Assembly: GCA_963675755.2 (NCBI GenBank)
Contig: CAXXMD010000002.1
Coordinates: 1,696,001-1,760,000, forward strand
From: a bacterium
GTDB taxonomy: Bacteria > Zhuqueibacterota > Zhuqueibacteria > Residuimicrobiales > Krinioviventaceae
DNA: 64,000 nucleotides
Reading direction: 5' to 3'
Program-made: the position numbers and the translations under genes
Shown here: in pieces, positions 20,101 to 28,796 of the stretch
Numbering within the stretch: the stretch's first letter is position 1
Layout: each line of letters begins with the position of its first letter
The notes under the pieces: model-generated
The model's input: the letters and a program-made list of their open reading frames with translations, nothing else
Told to the model about the DNA's origin: nothing
Database searches by the model: none

Positions 20101-22166
20101 CTGATGATATCAACATGCTGGTTGTACCCAAGGCAGCAGCAGACAGGTTAACAGAGCAGCAAAATCTTTTCATCTCGTATGCTTTACAAAACGGTCTAAA
20201 TGTCGTTTTTGAAAAGCACTCAAATATTGCCAATAATATTGGCATTATTGAACTCGATCAGGAAATCGTTATCAATAATGTGTATGATGAATATTATCCC
20301 GGTGTAAACATGACCTGGAAAACGCCAGATACCCTGCGTGCGTTTGATGTTGATATTGATTATGTTTCATATTACAGCATTCAAGATTCTGGTGATCCTG
20401 TGGTCATTGGCGGTGAATACGGTGAGGGTAAGTACCTGTTTATGGGTACATTATTTGATCCGATTACTGATTATGGATATGCTCGTTTCCCCTATTTTAT
20501 TGATCTATTGAAAAGACAGTTTAACCTGGTTCCTACAGTTCGCAGAAATACAGTAGAAATCTATTTTGAGCCGGGTGACCGTGAAGATATCAGCATTGAA
20601 GAACTCGTTAAAATGTGGCGCAACTTTGGTGTTCGTCGAATATATGTTTCAACCTGGCATTTTTATGAAGAATATACCTATGATTATGAACGTCTTATAG
20701 AACTTGCTCACCAGAACGCCATGCTGGTTTATGCATGGCTTGAAATTCCGCATGTTAGTCAAAAATTTTGGGATAAACACCCGGAATGGAGAGAAATAAC
20801 TGCAACCGGAGAAGAAGCACATATTGACTGGCGTCGTAATATGGCTGTAGATTTGCCCGAATGCCGGCAAGCCATTTTTGATGAATTACAAAAAGCCCTG
20901 TTGGAATATGACTGGGACGGGATCAATTTTGCTGAACTTTATTATGAATCTCCGGAAGGATTCAAAGCTCCACAAAATATGACTCCCATGAACGATTATG
21001 TTCGTAACATGTACTCGCAAAAATATGGTTACGATCCCAAAAGCTTGTTTGCTACGGCCTCCCCCTATTACTGGAAACGCAATAAACAAGCAGTTGAACA
21101 ATTCCAGCAATTTAGAGAAGACAGGGTCTTTTATCTGCATGGTGAATTTTTAAAATTCATGCACGAGCTTCGTCGTAAAAATGGTCGTGAATGGGAAATT
21201 CTGGTTACAACGCTTGAAAATATTTTCTCGCCGGAAATTGGTAAAGCAACAGCAACAAACACCAAGAGAATTCTACAATGGATAGATGAATACCCCTTTA
21301 CTATTCAAATTGAAGATCCGCAGCCATTATGGGCACTGGGTCCGGAACGTTACACCAAGATTCTGGATGAATACTCGTCTCTTGACTATCATAATAACAT
21401 GATTCTGGATATAAATGTGGTACCCTGGCGCGATACCAATATTACGCTGGCCCCAACAAGACAACCTACAGGACTGGAACTATTTCAACTGGCAAAAGCT
21501 GCGTCTGCAAATAATACACGTGTTGCTGTTTATTCTGAAGCCAGTTTATATGAGGTTGATTTCCCCATGCTCACGTATGTTTTTGCAAATAATGCCCGGG
21601 AAAGTATAAACAATAACGAATGGCTGATTGAAACACCTTATACAGTCAATACCCTGCTTGACAGAGATGCTCATAAAGACATCATGTTGAATGGTGTAAT
21701 CTGGCCGGCTTATTATCAGGGACGTGCAATCATTCCCGCAGGATTACACAAAATTCAACCGATATCACGGTATAACGGATTTATCAAAAAATTCAAATCG
21801 GATGTTCGTCTGGTGGAACTGTCGGGTGAATTGCTTGATGCGCAATCCATTTCACGTGGAATCGAAATCACCTATCGCTCAGACGCACCCAATATTTTAG
21901 TATTATCTGAAAATCCAATTTCTATCATTATTAATGAAGAAGAGTTGAACATCCCCGCTATCAAAGGTGAACTGGGCTATTCATTACGTCTACCCGCCGG
22001 TGAACATACAGTAACCATCTATACACAAACAAATGGTACCCAAACGCTCAAATACACCAGTGTTGTCATTTCAGGTATGATTGTAATACTGGGCATTTTG
22101 GCAGGTTTGTTCTTGTCAACTTTATATCTGCAAAATACAATTCGTCGTAAACGCGCTTCAATTTAA
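17196..22166 (+). CDS. 1656-aa exopolysaccharide-processing fusion: GHL10-like TIM barrel, DUF2334/YdaL-like polysaccharide deacetylase, second GHL10-like barrel, C-terminal TM anchor
   Basis: Signal peptide; GINTVF..IAWIP..NPDW..LCPAN..DGVD; IRIEDIHP, MHGSTHQ, WETPHY, IPENLGY, ASFFFH; VYAWLE..HPEW..DGINF; hydrophobic helix then RRKR. Confidence 0.75.
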   Translation: MSSMRIRLPFLSLLLILLYQSLFSQNLGLDPEANQINAVRFDPSYYYDSDLEIKEMAQSLLQAWKSNGINTVFYKVYDPAYGAKYVTDYQFNIMADYGKQDLLSHIINAARETGDMQIIAWIPAFLHKSAWENNPDWRVKNSDGSDYQPNPEDYFLCPANDQVRSWWMGFIKDILDNYPDLDGVDIAEPIVKWNDHRCYGEQCSRSEDPLYTSKALTKTLNESVELINSYNKLSCITSVVTANANGRLLTIAEQQLKSGFYLDGVLDYKSPPDWINLELMWQQWADYYNAPNIFTPEWTTNAAKTVVKFVDDRATLIAHLEQTSFGQIKVDAEQLNNAIQYSKDAGIEHVDIYDTHLLDEMNAWSVIKPSLEYVPTKNILVLTDPSGENDAKQIASLLSHFKTNIEFIQLGNDIQLPAMDSLQTIFYIGIDEKFQIPNSVLTALKSFDGDLCWINYGVDQYIKNIGLEKTGFYVNAIHHDSLYQTVPFKGYDLPRFDPSYVETTITDSSKCRVLVEMQGNQGSLPYVIKSSNLWYFADLPTAFVTEGGRHIVISDMLHDIVREDHKPKKLALIRIEDIHPISDIKALEQVTGYLKSQDAPYSIGIVPYYLDPESNLTATLNDMPDFVDFVHKSMKSGATIIMHGSTHQFRGETTADYEFWDGMTEEVLFSDSKEYVRQKLLSGLQAFKENGIYPIIWETPHYAASQMDYGVINKFFNTAYERRQTVDKHGSDQLLPYMIYNHTAGNKIIPENLGYIPLDDPNPAPMLQAAEHNLAIRDGVASFFFHTFVDHNALKTIVPGLKKMGYTFTSPRYTASKVIAPEYQALTGDGSISLTLDGQYYHEFYMDIKGRKKNEFYSDSSLTETINKDVKVPTGWIFIAEKLDDKPKGLFARAVSTITPNVPELSETIFNTNSKSLIDEGSFPISAGIIVDSTATGPAGISQNNLIKSLQVVGIDVQILPFENLIEIPDDINMLVVPKAAADRLTEQQNLFISYALQNGLNVVFEKHSNIANNIGIIELDQEIVINNVYDEYYPGVNMTWKTPDTLRAFDVDIDYVSYYSIQDSGDPVVIGGEYGEGKYLFMGTLFDPITDYGYARFPYFIDLLKRQFNLVPTVRRNTVEIYFEPGDREDISIEELVKMWRNFGVRRIYVSTWHFYEEYTYDYERLIELAHQNAMLVYAWLEIPHVSQKFWDKHPEWREITATGEEAHIDWRRNMAVDLPECRQAIFDELQKALLEYDWDGINFAELYYESPEGFKAPQNMTPMNDYVRNMYSQKYGYDPKSLFATASPYYWKRNKQAVEQFQQFREDRVFYLHGEFLKFMHELRRKNGREWEILVTTLENIFSPEIGKATATNTKRILQWIDEYPFTIQIEDPQPLWALGPERYTKILDEYSSLDYHNNMILDINVVPWRDTNITLAPTRQPTGLELFQLAKAASANNTRVAVYSEASLYEVDFPMLTYVFANNARESINNNEWLIETPYTVNTLLDRDAHKDIMLNGVIWPAYYQGRAIIPAGLHKIQPISRYNGFIKKFKSDVRLVELSGELLDAQSISRGIEITYRSDAPNILVLSENPISIIINEEELNIPAIKGELGYSLRLPAGEHTVTIYTQTNGTQTLKYTSVVISGMIVILGILAGLFLSTLYLQNTIRRKRASI

Positions 22167-22182
22167 AACAGCAGGAGTTATT

Positions 22183-23460
22183 TTGCCTTTTTCGCACACA
22201 TCTCTAGATATACTCTTTTTACTGAGTGTTTCCATAACGTGGGCTATGATTCTTTACCAGTTATTTCTAACCATTGCAGGTAACAGATACAGGTTCGATA
22301 TTATGAAAACCGATAAAGAGTTGGAACAAACCCCGGTTAATCCCCAACCGATATCTATCATGATCCCAGCACATAATGAAGAACTGGTTATCGAGAAAAC
22401 CATAGAACGTATCCAAAGTCTGGATTATCCTCCTGAAATGCTTCAAGTGGTAGTAATTAATGACGCATCTCAAGACAACACAGCAGCTCTGGTGGAAGCT
22501 CTGGCTGAAAAGGATAAACGTATCAAACTGGTTACGCTTGAAGGTGACCGGGGACACGGCAAAGCATATGCCCTGAATATTGGGTTAACGCATTGCAGTC
22601 ATGATCTCATTACAATTTACGATGCAGATAATAATCCCTCAAAGGATTCCTTAAAAATTCTTGTTTCTCATCTCAGTCAGGATGATGGACTGGCAGCGGT
22701 TATTGGTAAATTTAGAACCATCAATCGCGCTAAAAACAGTTTGACCCGTTTTATCAATATCGAAACCATGGCCTTTCAATGGATCTTACAGGCCGGGCGT
22801 TACAAAACTTCTCGGATTGCAATTCTGCCGGGGACCAATTATGTTGTTCGTAAATCTGTCATTGAAGAATGCGGCGGCTGGGACCCCAAAGCGATCACTG
22901 AAGATTCCGAAATCAGTGTAAGAATTTACAGATTGGGTTACAAGATCAAATTTGTACCCACCAGTGTTACCTGGGAACAGGAACCCGAAAAAATATCAAC
23001 CTGGATCAGACAACGTACTCGCTGGGTGCGTGGTAATAACTATGTATTGCAAAAATTTGCTCCCGATACATTCAAGTTTAAAAGCCGTTTTCTGTTAATG
23101 GAATTCTTTTATTTATTTGCACTGTACTACCTCTTTCTGGCTGCAATTGTCATTTCACACATGTTGTTCCTCCTGAGCGCTACCGGAGTTGTGGCATTGA
23201 ATGTTCCAGGGCCTTATTTCGGAGTATGGGTTTCTGCATACATCCTGTTTGTTTTGGAAATTGTGGTCGTTTTATCTTATGAACATGAAGATTCAGGCAT
23301 CAATTTATTATACACCCTGTTAATGTATTTTACATATTGTCAATTATGGCTATATGTAGTTTTCAAAGCCCTCTCGCTCGATTTCAGGCGTCACAAGGTT
23401 GGCGAATGGGACAAAACCGAACGATTTGAGGTAAATGTACCGAGCGAGCAGGAAGCCTGA
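22183..23460 (+). CDS. GT2 processive glycosyltransferase, YdaM/PssC-like polysaccharide synthase
   Basis: IPAHNEE, NDAS, GKAYALN, YDADN, RFINIET, PGTN, TED, QRTRW (QxxRW); N-terminal TM plus C-terminal TMs; ends W-KTERF. Confidence 0.88.
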   Translation: MPFSHTSLDILFLLSVSITWAMILYQLFLTIAGNRYRFDIMKTDKELEQTPVNPQPISIMIPAHNEELVIEKTIERIQSLDYPPEMLQVVVINDASQDNTAALVEALAEKDKRIKLVTLEGDRGHGKAYALNIGLTHCSHDLITIYDADNNPSKDSLKILVSHLSQDDGLAAVIGKFRTINRAKNSLTRFINIETMAFQWILQAGRYKTSRIAILPGTNYVVRKSVIEECGGWDPKAITEDSEISVRIYRLGYKIKFVPTSVTWEQEPEKISTWIRQRTRWVRGNNYVLQKFAPDTFKFKSRFLLMEFFYLFALYYLFLAAIVISHMLFLLSATGVVALNVPGPYFGVWVSAYILFVLEIVVVLSYEHEDSGINLLYTLLMYFTYCQLWLYVVFKALSLDFRRHKVGEWDKTERFEVNVPSEQEA

Positions 23461-24305
23461 TGAAATTCTCATTACAAAAAATTGCATTATATAATTGCAT
23501 CCTGGGTCTATTTTTTAGCACATGTGCCTACTCGTTACCGGGTTTGAATCCCAAATTCTTTGCGGAAGCCTATGATGAAACCGTAAATTTTGAACGGGAA
23601 GGTAATAATACCATTACTGCGGGCCATCTCATTCAAGGTGTAAAATTCCCTGAACTGGGGCTTGTTAAATCCGCTGAATTTTATTTTAAACAGCGTTATG
23701 GCAGCGATGCTAACAAAGATTATTGGAACAATCGCGGTGAATTGATCACCGGAACCCGCATTCGTTTTTTTTCCAAAATTTATGTTGCAGTTTTTTATGA
23801 ATATATTCGCGGCTGGTATATGGGTGATAACAATACAAATAATCCCAATCCATATGGCGATACTTATGAAGATATGCGATACGGATTTATTTTCTGGCAG
23901 GGTCTGGATAACGAGTATAAAAAGAAATGGAAAACCAACATCCCCCTCAGTTTTTGGGATGAGATCTATGCAGACGCAGTAAGGTACAAACGGGATGATA
24001 ACAACTTTGCATCATATACCAATATTCGAGCGGGTGAACGTCTGGTAAGAGTTGGTAAAATGGCATTTGATGTTTACGGTGCATTCTATTACGCGTGGGA
24101 TACAAATAAAGATTATTGGAACAATAAATTTGAATATGGACTGGGTTTCAGGCTTAAACCCTGGTCTGATTTGGATCTAAGTTTATTTTACGAAACACTG
24201 GATGGCCAGTATTTAAAACGAAAAGGACGGTATCCTTTACATCATGGTCTCAACTACTCGGACCACCGGTTTGGGATACTCTTTTGGTATGGATTAGGAT
24301 TTTAA
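23460..24305 (+). CDS. putative outer-membrane beta-barrel built from two homologous halves
   Basis: Signal peptide; alternating aromatic strands; C-terminal Phe (GILFWYGLGF); NKDYWNN twice; start overlaps the GT2 stop. Confidence 0.7.
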   Translation: MKFSLQKIALYNCILGLFFSTCAYSLPGLNPKFFAEAYDETVNFEREGNNTITAGHLIQGVKFPELGLVKSAEFYFKQRYGSDANKDYWNNRGELITGTRIRFFSKIYVAVFYEYIRGWYMGDNNTNNPNPYGDTYEDMRYGFIFWQGLDNEYKKKWKTNIPLSFWDEIYADAVRYKRDDNNFASYTNIRAGERLVRVGKMAFDVYGAFYYAWDTNKDYWNNKFEYGLGFRLKPWSDLDLSLFYETLDGQYLKRKGRYPLHHGLNYSDHRFGILFWYGLGF

Positions 24306-24326
24306 CAGCATTTCAAGGAGTTCAAA

Positions 24327-26105
24327 ATGAAAAAAATGCTACTCTTGCTCATTTTATTGATATCAAATCAATTTATATTTGCCCAGGACCAACTCTGGGA
24401 GTTTTCAGCCGATTGGTGGGTTAATTCTATTTATCCCATCAATAGCGTAAATGACAACAGTTTACAGGACGTACTGGTTGCTGCATCTGACAACCGTTTG
24501 TATTGTGTTGAAGGCGGTGGAGATGCCAAAGGAACAATCATCTGGTCCGCTACCTTTACCGGAGATGTCTGGGCAACAGAATCCATACTGGACGTTAACA
24601 ATGACGGTATTGATGATGCCATAGCCGGTGCTGCCGATAATACGGTCTATTGCATATCCGGAGATCCCACTTATGAAGGTGCAGAGATTTGGTCTTATAC
24701 CATCGGCGGTGATGCGTATTGTGTTGACGTAACAAACGATGTCGATTACGATGGAGTTCAGGATTGTGTTGTGGGCAGTAATGATGATTATGTTTACTGT
24801 CTTTCAGGCGCTAATGGCAGCTTAATCTGGAGTTACAAGACTGGAAGTACCGTTTATGATGTTACCCGCGCGGGTGATGTTGATAATGACGGTTATGATG
24901 ATATTTTTGCAGTATCTGTTGATGATAATACTTATTGTCTTTCCGGTAAAATGAATATACCGGGACAACGAGTAATATGGCAAACCACAACGGGCGATGT
25001 CCGCTCGGTCGCCATGATCTCTGATCTGAACAAGGATGGAGAAAATGAATGTCTCGCTGGTGGTGAAAATGATAAAGTAACCTGCCTGTCTGGTACCGAT
25101 GGAACAATTCTCTGGACATTTACTGCTGGTGCATCCATACACAGTATTGCCAGTACTGACGATGCAAATAGTGATGGAAAACCCGATGTATTGGCCGGAT
25201 CTGCAGATAATAAAGTATACATGATTTCGGGACACGATGGCTCTACCATTTGGTATAAACAATACAATGGTGATGTTTGGGATGTTGCGGCTATCCCGGA
25301 TGTGAATAATGACAACGTTCAGGACTGTCTGCTGGGTACGGGTAATAACGATATTGCAGTAATCAGTGGCGCTTCAAGTGGAACGGGAGATGTCATCTGG
25401 TCTGATTCATTCCTGGGTGATGTTTTGACTGTATCGTCATTAAGAGATGTTACCGGCAATGGTATTGTAGAAGTCTTGGGAGGTTCAAACGACAGCCGGG
25501 TTCTTGCATTTGAAGGGAATTCAACAATAACTCCTGTAGAATTGGCAAGCTTTACGGCAATTGTCAACAATAATACTGTAGAGTTGTATTGGGAAACAGC
25601 AACCGAACACAACAATTATGGTTACAAAATACAACGTTCGACGGACAATAAAACCTTTGACACCATTGGTTTTATAAGTGGAAACGGTACCAGCCATAAA
25701 AACGAAGCCTATGAGTATGTTGATGAAAATGTTGGGCCAAACCAGTATTATTACCGATTACTTCAAATAGATTACAATGGTTCAGTCTCAACACTGGATA
25801 CATTACATGTTAATGTAAATGTTCCCGAGACCTTTGCAATACAAAACAATTACCCCAATCCCTTTAATGCAGGAACAGTAATTTCATACTCACTGCCCAA
25901 TCCAGGATATGTGGAAATCAAGATCCATAATATTCGTGGTGAATACATAACAACCCTGTATGAAGGTCAACAACATGCCGGTTACCATAATATTCACTGG
26001 TATGGTAAAAACAACAATGGCATGCTGGTCTCCAGCGGTATATATCTATGCACCATTAAAAATGGAATTCAGAGCCAGACGATCCAAATGTCGTACATAA
26101 AATAA
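24327..26105 (+). CDS. secreted 8-bladed FG-GAP/PQQ-like beta-propeller with Ca-binding loops and FlgD-Ig/T9SS-like C-terminal domain
   Basis: Eight repeats of D-x-[ND]-x-D-G..D....G..D..VYC(L/I)SG..G..IW; PVELASF Ig/FN3 segment; YPNPFN tail. Confidence 0.8.
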   Translation: MKKMLLLLILLISNQFIFAQDQLWEFSADWWVNSIYPINSVNDNSLQDVLVAASDNRLYCVEGGGDAKGTIIWSATFTGDVWATESILDVNNDGIDDAIAGAADNTVYCISGDPTYEGAEIWSYTIGGDAYCVDVTNDVDYDGVQDCVVGSNDDYVYCLSGANGSLIWSYKTGSTVYDVTRAGDVDNDGYDDIFAVSVDDNTYCLSGKMNIPGQRVIWQTTTGDVRSVAMISDLNKDGENECLAGGENDKVTCLSGTDGTILWTFTAGASIHSIASTDDANSDGKPDVLAGSADNKVYMISGHDGSTIWYKQYNGDVWDVAAIPDVNNDNVQDCLLGTGNNDIAVISGASSGTGDVIWSDSFLGDVLTVSSLRDVTGNGIVEVLGGSNDSRVLAFEGNSTITPVELASFTAIVNNNTVELYWETATEHNNYGYKIQRSTDNKTFDTIGFISGNGTSHKNEAYEYVDENVGPNQYYYRLLQIDYNGSVSTLDTLHVNVNVPETFAIQNNYPNPFNAGTVISYSLPNPGYVEIKIHNIRGEYITTLYEGQQHAGYHNIHWYGKNNNGMLVSSGIYLCTIKNGIQSQTIQMSYIK

Positions 26106-26122
26106 ATAAAGGATGTTTTTAT

Positions 26123-27244
26123 ATGAAACCCATTGATGTTATGGTCATTTTTGGTACACGCCCGGAAGCGATCAAAATGGCGCCGGTAATTTTGGAATTG
26201 CAAAAACGATCAACCATCAACACGATTACCGTTTCCACATCACAGCATCGGGAAATGCTGGACCAGGTACTTGACATTTTTGACATAAAACCGGACTTTG
26301 ATTTAAAGATCATGCAGCCGGGACAGACATTGAACCAGATTGTAGAAAGATCAGTTAAAGGATTCAGGGATGTGTTTGAACAAACACGTCCCGATCTTGT
26401 TCTCGTTCAGGGAGATACCACCACAGCATTTACCGGTGCATTGGCTGCCTTTTATGAACGGATCCCGGTTGGGCATATTGAAGCGGGATTACGCAGCGGT
26501 GATATGTATTCTCCTTATCCGGAAGAGGCAAACCGCAGAATGATAAGTGTAATTACTGAATTTCACTTTGCTCCAACCCAGGGCAATCATGAATCTTTGA
26601 TCCAGGAAGGTACAGAACCGGAACGCATACATGTAACCGGAAACACTGTTATTGATGCTTTACACTATGTGTTGCAACACAAACCGGTTCAAGGATTCAC
26701 GGAACAATTTTGCAGCAATGGAGATAAACTGGTTCTGGTTACCGCGCACAGGCGGGAAAACTTTGGTGAACCTATTCGCAATATCTGCAAAGCTTTGATT
26801 GAACTAACTGAAACCCACAAAGACATTCAGATAGTCTATCCGGTACATCTTAACAACAATATTCAAAAACCGGTACATGAATTACTGGACAGTAAAGAAC
26901 GTATCCACTTGCTTGAACCGGTGGATTACAGACATCTTACCACATTGATGAAAGACGCCCATATTGTGCTGACAGATTCTGGTGGTCTACAGGAAGAGGC
27001 TCCCGCACTGGGAAAACCGGTGGTTGTTATGCGTACTGAAACAGAACGCCCCGAAGCGGTAAAAGCCGGAACGGCTGTTTTGGTTGGCATTGAACAGGAA
27101 GCAATTGTGAGTAAAATGACACAGCTTTTAACTGACAATACAGCATATCAGTCCATGGCCAAAGCAGTGAATCCCTATGGCGATGGAAAAGCGGCACATC
27201 GGATTGCGGATATTATTGAAACATCCGGATTAAATAAAAATTAA
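26123..27244 (+). CDS. wecB: non-hydrolysing UDP-N-acetylglucosamine 2-epimerase
   Basis: FGTRPEAIKMAP, QHREML, VQGDTTT, GHIEAGLRS, PEEANR, TAHRREN, TDSGGLQEE, NPYGDG. Confidence 0.95.
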   Translation: MKPIDVMVIFGTRPEAIKMAPVILELQKRSTINTITVSTSQHREMLDQVLDIFDIKPDFDLKIMQPGQTLNQIVERSVKGFRDVFEQTRPDLVLVQGDTTTAFTGALAAFYERIPVGHIEAGLRSGDMYSPYPEEANRRMISVITEFHFAPTQGNHESLIQEGTEPERIHVTGNTVIDALHYVLQHKPVQGFTEQFCSNGDKLVLVTAHRRENFGEPIRNICKALIELTETHKDIQIVYPVHLNNNIQKPVHELLDSKERIHLLEPVDYRHLTTLMKDAHIVLTDSGGLQEEAPALGKPVVVMRTETERPEAVKAGTAVLVGIEQEAIVSKMTQLLTDNTAYQSMAKAVNPYGDGKAAHRIADIIETSGLNKN

Positions 27245-27250
27245 TATCAA

Positions 27251-27769
27251 CTAGTCCTGGTTGATGGTAGATATCCATTTTCCATCTTCCAGGGCAATCT
27301 CGTCAATATTTCGATTAACCCAGGCGTTTTCCACATCAATACGGTTTACATTTACACCATCGATCAAAGTTACAACATATTTGATACCGGCATTTATAAT
27401 CAATCGCTTGCATATCTTGCAGGGTTCAGAGATCGCTAGTGTCTCTCCACTCTCTGAATCAATCCCCAGTAAATAAAGTGTAGAATCCAGCATATCCAGA
27501 CGTGATGCATGAATGATAGCATTTTGTTCCGCATGAACTGAACGGCACCATTCATAATGCTGGCCATGTTTTATATTCATTTCTTTACGGATGCAAACAC
27601 CAATATCCACACAATTTTTAGTATTTCGCGGCGCACCACAGTATCCGGTTGAAATGATCTGATCATTTTTAACAATCACCGCACCATACATCCGGCGTAA
27701 ACAAGTACTTCGTCCTGCTACTTCGCGGGCAATGTTCAGGTAATATTCATCTTTGGAAATTCGTCCCAT
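27251..27769 (-). CDS. dCMP deaminase family (cytidine/deoxycytidylate deaminase, ComEB-like)
   Basis: RSTCLRR, TGYCGAP, VHAEQNA and PCKIC zinc motifs. Confidence 0.9.
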   Translation of the reverse strand: MGRISKDEYYLNIAREVAGRSTCLRRMYGAVIVKNDQIISTGYCGAPRNTKNCVDIGVCIRKEMNIKHGQHYEWCRSVHAEQNAIIHASRLDMLDSTLYLLGIDSESGETLAISEPCKICKRLIINAGIKYVVTLIDGVNVNRIDVENAWVNRNIDEIALEDGKWISTINQD

Positions 27770-27864
27770 GTCACCAACCTCGTATTCAAATGAAAAAACA
27801 AAGTAATGGTTTTAGCATTATAATTCAAGTGCAATTCAAATAAAATATTCAATTTTAATTAAAT

Positions 27865-27890
27865 TGAAACCTTTTTTAGCAGTGATCGTA
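27865..27890 (+). promoter_or_regulatory. ECF sigma (sigmaW-like) promoter
   Basis: TGAAAC-N16-CGTA with a T-tract right after the -35, 36 nt upstream of the trmB-like ATG. Confidence 0.55.
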
Positions 27891-27891
27891 C

Positions 27892-27910
27892 TAGTTCTAT
27901 AAAGCAACTA
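27892..27910. promoter_or_regulatory. candidate operator (inverted repeat) for the TrmB-family regulator
   Basis: TAGTT-N9-AACTA immediately after the -10 element. Confidence 0.4.
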
Positions 27911-27926
27911 ATACACAGGATTATAA

Positions 27927-28772
27927 ATGAAAGAAACTGAAATCGCAAATCTGGTCCAATTCGGGTTAACCAAACTGGAAGCCGAGATCTATTTGGTATT
28001 ACTGCAAAATCCCAATTCCACAGGATATCGAATAGCGCAAATTCTCAACAAGCCGGTTCCAAATACTTATAAAGCATTGAATTCACTGCAGGCAAAACAA
28101 CTCATACTTGCAGATTCAAGCCAAAAAACCCGTATCTATACGGCAGTTCCCATTGCCGAATATCTGGACTATAAGACAATCGAGTTTAATACAAAACGTC
28201 AGGAACTTGAAAAGCAGCTTGAACATTACAAAACGCCAACCGTAGAAGGCGGTATTTATCGGCTAGAAAACATACAGGATATTCTGTCCCGGGCCAGCAC
28301 ACTCATTACCAAAGCACAGGATATTTTGTTGATCGATATTTTTCCAGCCCTGCTTCCCCTATTGCGTGACGAGATTGAAAAAGTAGCGGCATCAGGCACC
28401 AGGGTGATGGTGAAAACGTATGAACCCACAGAAATCAAGAATTGCCTGGTCGTCAATAATAAAACAGATAGTCAGCTGGTTGAAAAATTTTATGGAGAGT
28501 GGCTCAACATTATTGCGGATGGGCGCGAATACCTGTTATCGTTTATCAATCTGAACAAAGAACGTGTTTATGAGGCTTTCTGGAGTAAAAACCTGTTTTT
28601 ATCGCTCATGATGCACAATGGTTTTTCCGATGAATTCATCTTTACCCAAATTCGCAGTATGATTGAAAATGGAACGGATTATAAAGAACTATTGGGTTAT
28701 CTGGACCACTATGATACCATCAAAACCAGCAGTACCCATGCATTCCATGACTTTATGGAACAATTTTCATAA
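27927..28772 (+). CDS. TrmB family transcriptional regulator
   Basis: LVQFGLTKLEAEIYLVLL...TGYRIA...NTYKALNSL wHTH, followed by an effector-binding domain. Confidence 0.88.
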   Translation: MKETEIANLVQFGLTKLEAEIYLVLLQNPNSTGYRIAQILNKPVPNTYKALNSLQAKQLILADSSQKTRIYTAVPIAEYLDYKTIEFNTKRQELEKQLEHYKTPTVEGGIYRLENIQDILSRASTLITKAQDILLIDIFPALLPLLRDEIEKVAASGTRVMVKTYEPTEIKNCLVVNNKTDSQLVEKFYGEWLNIIADGREYLLSFINLNKERVYEAFWSKNLFLSLMMHNGFSDEFIFTQIRSMIENGTDYKELLGYLDHYDTIKTSSTHAFHDFMEQFS

Positions 28773-28796
28773 CCATTATCATTTGAGGAGGACACT

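Noticed and set aside
22183-23460. Calling the GT2 BcsA, PgaC or NfrB
   Set aside because: No PilZ or MshEN extension and no bcsB/pgaD-like neighbours; motifs fit YdaM/PssC better.
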